Source: Chlorokybus atmophyticus (Eukaryota > Plantae > Mesostigma and Chlorokybus algae). Taken from it: a stretch of DNA of 64,000 bases. Location of the stretch: NCBI GenBank assembly GCA_009103225.1, contig RHPI01000277.1:878103-942102 (forward strand), in the 5' to 3' direction. The position numbers and the translations under genes were made by a program. The notes beneath the pieces are model-generated. The model was not told where the DNA came from, searched no databases, and saw only the letters and a list, made by a program, of their open reading frames with translations. Below are positions 15,058-24,774 of the stretch, piece by piece (the stretch's first letter is position 1; each line of letters starts with the position of its first letter).

Positions 15058-15112
15058 TGGTCGAGTGGGTTGTGACATAAGTCATCGGAGCTCAAGACGC
15101 GGGTTCGATTCC
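15058..15112 (+). promoter_or_regulatory. tRNA-type (type 2) RNA polymerase III promoter-like A box and B box
   Basis: A-box-like TGGTCGAGTGG (15058-15068) and canonical B box GGTTCGATTCC (15102-15112), 44 nt apart; the B box sits in a T-arm-like stem GCGGG-TTCGATT-CCTGC. Confidence 0.5.
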
Positions 15113-15176
15113 TGCTTGCACACGAATTCCGCGGTCGTTATTTCTCGATCCAATAACATCGTAAATTGTCACTTTA

Positions 15177-15985
15177 TAAGCGCCATCATCGATGGGTCGC
15201 GACTTGCCTAATAGCAGTCGCGCCGAACTGACTAGCTCAGTTGGCGCGGCAGGGCGCGACCTGCCTATCGCGGCGACGCGACCTGTAGGGCCGGCAGCGG
15301 CGATGTGTGTGCGTTGACCGGTATGGGGCTAATTTGGCCGATCCTTGCCCGTGGGGCAGGCGACCGACCCTAGCAAACCCTTGGGATAATTCCCCAGCTG
15401 ATGCAAGCCAGTTGCCGAGGACGTCAGCGTTCTTAAGTGGGGGAAGTAAGTGCCATCATCGATGGGTCGCGACTTGCCTAATGGAAGTCGCGCCGAACTG
15501 ACTAGCTCAGTTGGCGCGGCAGGGCGCGACCTGCCTATCGCGGCGACGCGACCTGTAGGGCCGGCAGCGGCGATGTGTGTGCGTTGACCGGTATGGGGCT
15601 AATTTAGCCGGTCCTTGCCCGTGGGGCAGGCGACCGACCCTAGCAAACCCTTGGGATAATTCCCCAGCTGATGCAAGCCAGTTGCCGAGGACGTCAGCGT
15701 TCTTAAGTGGGGGAAGTAAGTGCCATCATCGATGGGTCGCGACTTGCCTAATGGAAGTCGCGCCGAACTGACTAGCTCAGTTGGCGCGGCAGGGCGCGAC
15801 CTGCCTATCGCGGCGACGCGACCTGTAGGGCCGGCAGCGGCGATGTGTGTGCGTTGACCGGTATGGGGCTAATTTGGCCGATCCTTGCCCGTGGGGCCGG
15901 CGACCGACCCTAGCAAACCCCTGGGATAATCCCCCAGCTGATGCGAGCCAGTTGCCGAGGACGTCAGCGTTCTTAAGTGGGGGAA
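15177..15985. repeat. Three near-identical 270-bp CpG-rich tandem repeats inside the TRIM
   Basis: Units start at 15177, 15447 and 15717; each ends in the PPT-like AAGTGGGGGAA; only a handful of substitutions between units. Confidence 0.95.
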
Positions 15986-16869
15986 TGTAACGGGAAGGTA
16001 CACTAAATTACCACTGATCGACCATTAAAGCACCAAGTCTGTTGCGGTCGAGTGGGTTGTGACAAGGGGACTCTATTGTGTAGCGGTATTTGGTGAATCT
16101 CGGGCAGATATTCAATGAAATACGCTTTGCAAGCGTATTCCGCGCTCTTTTGTCACACGTTCAACTCTGGCATGTTCCCGCCCACGACGGCGACGGCGGC
16201 GGCGGCGTGGTGGTAGGCTAGAGGACGGGGCTTGGGTAGAAGGACGCCCTTCATCACATTGGTTTGTTCAAGGGCAGCACGACAGGCAGCACAACACCGC
16301 TTGGAGAGGCAAGCGGCTGCAGCAGAGGTTGCGCCCAATGCGGCTGCAGAGGCCGTTGCTAGAGCACGTGAGGCTGCCGCTAGAGTTGCAACAGAGGAGG
16401 ACGAGCGCAATGCTGATGGTGAGCGCCCGGCAGGTGTGAGCAAGCGTGAGGGCAGCACACGACAATGACAGTCAATGTTGCAGTCACAAGCAACAAGTTT
16501 TCACCATCCATTACAAGGTGAACGCACTTGTACCACTCTCTATCTTGTTCTGGTTATTCTCTTCGTATGTCTGCCGCAGTCTGCCGCATGCGGCATGCAC
16601 GCACATGTTGCTCTTGTCTCTGCCCCTCTCGCGCACTGACAAGATTGCACGCACACGCGCATATGCTGCTCGTGCTCATGCCTCTGCATCCAACTCTCCC
16701 TATCTTGGTCCCCGTTGCTCTCTCAGTCTGCGTGTGTATGCATGTACGTACAGCACCTGCGCCCCTCTTATGCGCTGATAAGCTTGCACGCACACACGTG
16801 CATGCACGTGCATGTGCACTCAGTTAATAACTGATGACATGCTTGACCTTAACGCTCTATGCACTTGAC

Positions 16870-18110
16870 CAGCGGAAGTTCATAGAGAAAGCCAAGCATC
16901 TCGGCATCAAACGCACTGAGTGAGAATATGGCATATACGACACGAAGTCCTTACGGAGTTTGATTTGTAAAACGCTGCACATCAAAGCTGCGAGTGCAAG
17001 CAATTGTAGATTCAAAAGCGCTGGCAGAGCGGTTGCACACCCAGAGCGAGATGTCGTTATTTATGACTTCATTGTGGACAAGCGAATGCGTGGACTTAAT
17101 GTGACTCAAGCCATGCTTAGAGTGCATAAGCATATGGTTGCATTGCTGACTGTGCATGCACGTATGACACTTGCAGTACTTCTTGTTACTGTCATAAGTG
17201 ACTTCATGATGTTGAAGGCAATTGCTCTGTGCGTGCATGTACAGTTGGAGGGCAAGCGCCTAATTGCCGAGCACAACGCAATTGTTGAGGACGAGGCTAG
17301 CGAGTGGCATCTCAAAGTCTCCCTCAATTGGGTTTATGGCTCGTCATGACTTGACTATGCGCGCACGCATGAAAGTGGGCAACAAGCTGCCACGTGACCT
17401 GGTTGAGAAAGTGAAAGGTCATCGTGTGTCATCACGCTAATAACAGAGCACCACAAGTACGCCGCACACCAAATGCTGAACATGGACGAAGTGCATGTGA
17501 CTGTTGACATGGCAGCCGGTAAGACCGTCGATTAGCAAGGCAGTCGCACCGTCACCATGCGCATAACAGGTAAGCACATGTATGCTGCCACACATGCAAC
17601 ACCACAACATCTGCCACAAGCCTAACATGTGTATTGTGTTAGGAAACGAAAAAAATAATGTAACAGTAGTGCTAGCTTGTGCAATGTATGGCACAAAACT
17701 GCCACCAGTTATTATCCTTGAGCGAAAGACAATCCCTTTGAATCTGATCGTGCCCGATGGCGTGCTGGTTTGGGCCAACGAGAACGGTTGGATGGATGAG
17801 GCGCACACAATAGTATGGGTGCAGGCAATGTTGCGCAAGCGGCCGAAGCGCGTGTTTGGACATGGGGCGTTGCTGATATGGGATAGCTTTTCGGCTCATA
17901 GGTATGAAGTTTGCCTTGGTGCTTGGTGAACTTGCATGCATCAACATGCATATAGCAATCAACGTGGTTAACGTTGTGACATTTTGCGGATGCCAGTCAG
18001 TCAACGAACACTTGAAAAGAATGTGGATCAAGCAATCATTCCAGGAGTTGCACACTTATCCTTCAGCCATTGGACGTCGGCATCAACAAACCCTTCAAGG
18101 ACATGTTGCG
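16870..18110 (+). pseudogene. pogo-family transposase (CENP-B HTH + DDE_1), intron-containing, disrupted
   Basis: HTH_Tnp_Tc5-like ...LKVSLNW/FMARHDLTMRARMKVGNKLP; catalytic motifs NMDE, LLIWDSFSAHR and CTLILQPLDVGINKPFKDMLR. Frameshifts lie near 17335 and 18045, with in-frame stops (KTVD*QG, TE*EYG). Ala/Glu-rich N- and C-terminal pieces lie at ~16230-16440 and ~18360-18510. Confidence 0.85.
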
Positions 18111-19039
18111 GGCCAGGTGAGACTGCTTACTTCGACATGCACAACATGATGCGAGTGTTTACATTGTGTGTGTGTCTGCTTGCTAGCGGGCAATGTGGAT
18201 GGCAAATCCAGGCAATCACTCCTACACCGCAAGAGGCAATATACGCCCTATTGATTGAAACACATTTGTCACATGGGTCTAACAGTGTTGGGAGGAACTC
18301 TCCGTTTAAACCATTGTCAATGCCTTTAGAAGGCGGGTGTGGGTCAGGCTGACTAGGTGCCTGAGGATGTGCAAAGCGACGCAGCTGCGGAGCACGTTGT
18401 TGACGTTGATGAGCTGCCCTTGGAAGAGCAAAAGGAGCGCATGCTTGCAGAACTTAAGCAGTTGCGTATACGTGATGAGGCAGCTGCAAATGCTGCTGCC
18501 TCATTTAACCATGTACCTTGGTGTCTAATACTGATGGCGATAGCACAAGCGAAGACAGTAGCAGTGCATAGCAGTCTCCTATGGGTAGTGATAATGATGA
18601 CAGTGATGTGTAAGTAGATTGTTTGATATGTTATCGTAATAGTTTTTATGTGGATGATTGCAACACACACCTCCACTCCTCTGTTGTTATTCGCACGCCT
18701 ATACACATGCACTTTTCCGACAGATCTTAAACACTGGTAATTGCGTATATTGCAAGTACATGTACTGTCCCCTATTAGGGGGACTCAATAAGGGAGGGGG
18801 ACTGTATCGTACAAATACACTCCCCCCCATCATTTTGCAAGGGGGGGACTCTATTCGACAGGGGATTCTACTGGGGTAAATACGGTATATGGGTAAATTG
18901 ATAATTATGCAGCACTTTTCAGTCTACGATCATATCTTGACTAGAGCTATTTATAGGCCCGAATGTCATTGATGGTGACGATGCAATGCAAGACATCACC
19001 TGGCGCCTAAAATGATCATGAGATATATGGCCGGCACAT

Positions 19040-19515
19040 AGGAACGTGCCTTAGTTACGCAGCAACTTTTAATCACGCGCACAGACATCCACTAACTAAG
19101 AACGCCTTACGGCTTAACCACGATCGACGGCTTTTCTATAATACATGGCAGGTCTTGGCACAGTATCGAACGTGAGATACATGCGCGAGGCATGGGAAGG
19201 TGCCGTAATCTCGCAGCGCCTTTATAGCGTGTGCACATTTATTGAGTAGAATCGCCTAATAGCCTAACCACAATCGACGGCTATTACAGACTACATGGCA
19301 GGGCGTGGCCCAGAATTGATCGTGTGACGTATGGAACGTGCCATAATTTCGCAGCAACTTTTGGTCACGCGCACCTCTATTGACTTACAATGCCTAATGG
19401 CCTAACCATCGACGGCTGTTATGGACTACCTGGCAAGGCGTGGCCCATACATTACCGTTTGATGTATGGGCGAGGCATGGGAAGGTGCCTTAGTTTGGCA
19501 GCGCCTTTTGGTCAT
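19040..19515. repeat. Degenerate ~145-bp tandem repeat with A-B-A-B higher-order structure
   Basis: GGAACGTGCC..GCAGCAACTTTT (about 19043, 19333) alternates with GCGAGGCATGGGAAGGTGCC..GCAGCGCCTTT (about 19196, 19480); C(C/T)TAACCA..ATCGACGGCT recurs at about 19112, 19262 and 19400. Confidence 0.7.
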
Positions 19516-20476
19516 GTTCTATTGATTAGGGAAGAGTCGCCATCGCGCGCGTTACAAGTCGCGCGTTACGCCGCACGACAAGCATCCGATCGCGACTCGC
19601 GCAACGCGAGACACTATGGAGCGTTGAATATACGGGCTGGCAACTTGCGGTGAGCATAACAAGCATTTACGCACACAAGTGTACAGCATAGGGTATGACA
19701 GAGGGGCCACAAGCCAACAAGCAGACACACAACAACCGAAGCAATATAGACCACCACAAGGCACATACAACTAGCTAGCTATGGGGCTGGACCTATGTGC
19801 ATGTAAGGCAGGCAGTGAGGCAGGCAGTAGGCAGGCAGTAGCAGCTATGATGGCTCTGCCAAACTACCTGCACAAGGTAGGAGCATGCAGAAGTTCTCCA
19901 ACATGCCCACATCATTGCTTGATAGTGTCGAAATATTATCTGCCATACGTAAAACGTTGTCCGCAACAATTGGTTGCCAATGCACTGCGACTAGCAGCGC
20001 GTTGTCCTACATTCACTGCAAACACCATTAGGTGTAGCACAGCAAAACGGCATTGCGTTGCAGCACATCGGAAGGTGTACTGCGTGCGCAGTGTGCAGCC
20101 AACAGTCAAATGCGTGTGGTTTGGAGCCCGCACGCTCGGACACAGATGGATTTATGACAATCACCAATTGCTAGTGCGGTGCAAATGTGTGCGAGGAGTG
20201 TCTCGTCAAGACCAGTTCATGCATTGTGTACAAGAGATAGTATGCTCGACGAGGAGCTGTGTGTTGGAGGTACGACTGCCAGACATCACAAGTCGTCAAT
20301 GGAGGTAAGTAGTCATAATTGTGTTGTGCCTGCAGTAAGTGCCATATTCTTTTGAGTGGCAGCTGTGGCACATCAACGCACTTATGTGAGCATAATATGT
20401 TGCGCCACAATATGGTTTCCAAAGTACAGTGTAGTGTAAACAATGATTGAAGGCAATATATCAAAGTTTATATATA

Positions 20477-23400
20477 TCAAAGTTTGCTAAAAACTTCACG
20501 TGCGTCAGAATATGTTTGCGACTGCATCCTCTGCATGACAACATCTCTGCACAAGTGCTTCTGCACCTTGCCGAGCGAGTTGACAGGCAGCGGCTCTGCT
20601 TGAAACACAACCACTCTCGGCACCTTGTACCTGTGTGATAAAGCATGACAAGTCAGCCTCAGTTAGACTACTTGCAGAGGATGGTCATACACAGTCCTCA
20701 CCTGGACAGTCCGTGTTGCCGGCAGTATGTTTGCAACTCATCATGAGTTGGCAATGTTCCTGCATGTGCAGAGTTGATGACCACAAGTGCGGCCACAGTC
20801 TCTCCCAAGCGCGCATCCGGCATGCCTACTACGGCCGCATCCACCACCAATGGATGTCTCACTAGGACCTGGCAAAAATATGTGGTGAGCACTACGAAAA
20901 ACATGTGGTGGATGCGTGGAAAGGTGCTGTTGGTCGGGCAACAGACTGCATCACAGCTCAACCGTTGCATTTGCAATGGTGTTCATTACAGTGCACTTCT
21001 CCAGACCAAGCGGACACAAGACACAATGGCGGCCAATGAGCCAGCGACACATGTAAAACACAAATGCGGACGCACGCACGCACGCACATAACTGCCTACC
21101 CTTTCAACTTCACTTGCATACACATTCTCCCCTCCACTCCGCACAGTGTCTTTGGTGCGTCCAACAACATAGAATCTGCCACATTGATCCATCCAACCAA
21201 GGTCGCCCGTGTAAAGCCACCCGTCAGCATCAACGGCGCTGGCGGTCTCTGCAGGCTGCCCCCAATAAAAGCTCATGACGTGAGGACCGCGTGTGACGAT
21301 TTCGCCAACGACAGGATGTTGGTCATGCTGGTTGGACTCTGACGCTATCCGAAGTTCCGTGTGTGGTGCGGGTATGCCAACACAGCTGCCGGGTGTTATT
21401 GTGGTCTGCATGAGTCGAGTATCTGTCATTGGGTTCGCGCGCAGCCACGATGCACTTGGGATTGCCCTGTCTTGGCTTCGATCCACATGCAATCGGAAAG
21501 TCATTGAAGAGCAAGCCTCTGACATACCTGCCTGACAAAACTGGCTTGTTGATCGTTCACCTATAAGATAGATCCCAGAAGACCACAAAGCATATGGGAA
21601 CAAGGAACATGTACACTGGTAACCGAAATCTATACACAAGCAGTAGACGAAATTGAAGGTGGCCAACAAAGTGGCAAGAAGTGGAGGAAGCATCAATGTG
21701 CACATGCACGCAACATAAATTGCCACTATAATGTGTTTTCAGTGTCTGCCAGAGTGTGTTACCGTAGGCGGAGACTATGCGAGCAGAGGGCATGATTCGC
21801 GCAAGGGCTTGTTCCAGCCTGGGGTCAAGCGGCCCGCCGCCGGCAAGAAGTGTAGAGATGCGGGCGAGAGCGGCGCGTTCTGCGTCGGTGTATTGACCCT
21901 GATGGTTGGCGAGATCTGTCAACATGGCCGGCACCGCGATGAACGCCGTCACCCCATGCTCAACTGCCGCAGCCGCCAAGCCCGCTGCGCTGAACTTGCG
22001 CAGAAAAACATGCGAGCTTGCGGCCATCACCACCGCCAGCGCAGAGGTGATGCCCCCTGCAATGTCGTGACAAGCATGATGAACAATAGAAACACATTGC
22101 CACGGGTGGTTGCCCATATTGACCATTGGTGCGCGTGCGTGCCCGCATGCATGTGTATGTGTGTGCGACTGGAGATGGTAGCAGCGGCCCACCTGCGCTG
22201 GTGTGTTTGCCTAAGCAAGCACTGCGCAACCATGTGTACTAGTATCTGTGTGCGTGTGTGAGCAGTTGCGTGCGTGACTTCCCGTACACGTGTGTGCGCA
22301 CGTGGCTAAGTGTGATATAGAGACGGCAGCAACAGAAGTAAACATATGCCTACCGATATGGTAGAGGGGAGCAGCGTGGAGGTACACATCACAGTCAGAG
22401 TAGCTGACGGCGGCAAGCTTGGCAAGAGACTGCATCACAAGGGCAGCATGACTAAGAGCCACTCCCTTGGGTGCGCCCGTCGTGCCGGATGTGAAGCAGA
22501 CAAGCGCAATGTCGTCCGGCGCCTTTTCCAGCAGCTTCTCGTCCAGCTCCTCCGCAGTATCAACCGCCAGCACTTTCTCGTAGTCCCCGCCATTACTGAG
22601 GTCGATGCAAATTCTCAGCGATGCGCAGCGAGCCCGCAGAAGTGGCCACCAGCTACTGAACTGAGCAGACACAATCACAGTAAGTCAAGCACACAGAGAC
22701 CGAGGCAAACACCAATGCAAGATTTGTGTGTGTGTTGTAAGTGACTGCGCAACAGTAATTGCGTCAGCAAGCAAGTACTTGAGACGGTGAGTACATGAGG
22801 AACTTGCACAGATTGAGCTTGAGTGTGACACTTGGAGACCGAGTGAGCTCACAGGCAAATTCCTATGTACATCCTCAACATGCTCAAACTGTGTAAACCC
22901 GGTGAATGCACTAGCTCACGTTGCGCACATGAATCATTTTGACTGACCCTCTACGCACCTCCTCGTCGCACGCGAGTGCTGCTGCCTCAACGCGATTCAC
23001 AGCTGCAGCGGCCTCTGCCAGGCCCCATCGGCAGTTCAACGGAGCTGCAACTAAGCCAGCGGCTGCCAGGGCCAGGAGCAGCTCGAGGTACCTATCACTG
23101 TGAAATAGCCATGCCGTTCAACACACGCTCTCACACACAAGAGCGCACGCATGCACAGTATCATGCCCAAACGCTTCCGTGCACGCTTTAATGCGTACGC
23201 ACACGCACAAGTGCAATCCCCCGTCTTAATCGCATCAGGACCTTGGGGAGACACTGTGTATTTGTTTTTACAAATTGATCTATAGTGCACCACTGGCTTA
23301 TCCGCTCCTACCTCTCTTTTACGATTTACGTTCAACTCTAATTCAAAACTATGGTCAGGAGAGATCTTAAGACTGATCAGATCTAGACTCTCCTTTTCAT

Positions 23401-23796
23401 GGCATGCTGTAGTAATCCACTCCGCTGTAGCCCCTGTTATGGCTAGGGAGGGAGTTAGCCAAGTCCATTTTGCTGCAACCGTCAGCAGCATCTTGCAATT
23501 TACTTTGCAAGCAGTACACATGGTGACTTCGCGGTCGCCCTTAAGAAAGCCATCATTAAGGCAAATAGAGCANCATGTGCGCTCACGTACCTGTTTGTTG
23601 CGGCAATAGCTACTCTATCTCCGCGCTTGAGGCCGGTAGCAGGCCCAATGCCAGAGGCAACCGCAGCAATGCGCCGAACGAACTGCGCGCCTGTGTGGCT
23701 GCGTCCGTCGCAGACAGTCACAATGTCGCTGGAGCGGCGCTGGACAATCGCGCGCAAGGCGTGGGCTACGTGTGCACCCCTCCCAGTGGTGGACAT
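20477..23796 (-). CDS. menE: o-succinylbenzoate-CoA ligase (acyl-activating enzyme 14, phylloquinone biosynthesis) with C-terminal PTS1
   Basis: MSTTGRGAHVAHAL...GLKRGDRVAIAATN; DRYLELLLALAAAGLVAAPLNCRWGLAEA; AMP-binding IALVCFTSGTTGAPKGVALSHAALVMQSLAKLAAVSYSDCDVYLHAAPLYHIG (AAE14-like); GEIVTRGPHVMSFYWG; WLYTGDLG; GRTKDTVRSGGENVYASEVE; ends ...DAREVFSKL* (TGA 20477-20479). Confidence 0.88.
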
Positions 23797-24774
23797 GAGA
23801 ATGTTGGGTGGTGCTGCTGGTGGGTGTTGTTGACTCTGCAAGCAGGGTGAAGGGCTTCATTGCCACCAATGCATGCAGTCGAGCACAACGTTCATGTTTA
23901 CTGCTTCAATTGTAGTCAACGTGTGTACTGCATTGGAGCTACAATCATGTTAGTTATATGCACTATAACTGCGCATGACAGCAATCGCTAAATAGCATTG
24001 CTGTCGTCACTGTCATGCTCACTAAGAACTCTTTGGTTCTAGCATAGGCACCAACTGCGCTCCAACACCACACGAGCTGTTTGCACTTTGGTTAACCCAG
24101 TTAACCCAGTGCAGGACATGCTGCGCTCTACTGGCGTCCCATTGACGTCTTTGGGCAATGTTGGCTTTGACCCCATAGAACAGCGTGCAATGGAACAATT
24201 ACAGTTGCATATATCAAGCTGTAGAGTGCAAGTAGTCAATGCGTGTGCACAAAACAAGCAACAGGCACACAACAAAGGCAAATAAATTGCAAGACTTAGG
24301 GGCCCAGAGCAGCGCTCACACACACTATGCCGACCATAGCTAGACCCTAGACCCTAGACCAAGACCGACCCTAGACCAATATACTACAACTACAAGCTTG
24401 GCTATGCGCATGCAGCGAGCAGGCACCGCAAGCACGCAGCCCATTACAACAAATCCAAGCATCCAGCGCAACAATGTACGCACACCTTGGCTCCCAAAAG
24501 CAGGCCAATCCCTTCACCTCCACCTCCACCTCCACGTCCGCCCCCCCTCCACCGCCGCCACCGCCGCCACTGACGCCGCAACCACAGTGCGCCTTTGCGC
24601 TCAGTTCCTCAACTCACCGCGCTGGTGGTGGCGGTGGCTGTAACGGACAAGCGCTTGAGCTGGGCCTTCGCATGAGCTGCAGCAATCAGCTAGGTGCAGT
24701 GGTTCAAGTGCAGTGCAGCTTCACCTGAACTAGTTGTTTGGGTCGGTAGCAAGCTCAACCAACCATCCACCATC

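Larger units (their letters stand above)
14999..16064 (+). mobile_element. Miniature non-autonomous LTR retroelement (TRIM-like) nested in the pogo element
   Basis: 79-bp direct repeats TGTAAC...GTGACA at 14999-15077 and 15986-16064; 5-bp TSD AGGGG (14994-14998, 16065-16069); polypurine tract AAGTGGGGGAA directly before the 3' LTR; degenerate PBS-like TAAGT-CATCGGAGC after the 5' LTR; no coding capacity. Confidence 0.85.
14897..18885 (+). mobile_element. Tc1/mariner-superfamily pogo/Tc2-like DNA transposon (decayed)
   Basis: TA target duplications at 14895-14896 and 18886-18887; terminal inverted repeats CCGTATTTACCCC / GGGGTAAATACGG, extending imperfectly to ~45 bp; subterminal GGGGGACTC motifs; internal transposase remnants. 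Confidence 0.88.

Noticed and set aside
15051-15122. Genuine tRNA gene
   Set aside because: T arm and boxes are present but there is no acceptor-stem pairing or proper anticodon loop; kept only as a promoter-like motif.
15307-15771. Identical 64-aa ORFs in the 270-bp repeats
   Set aside because: Non-ATG starts, a by-product of tandem repetition, no recognisable domain.
15177-15985. CRISPR-like array
   Set aside because: Units are full-length tandem copies with no unique spacers; eukaryotic context and no cas genes.
24320-24380. CCCTAGA repeats resembling telomeric sequence
   Set aside because: Only about three imperfect units that do not match TTTAGGG/TTAGGG arrays.
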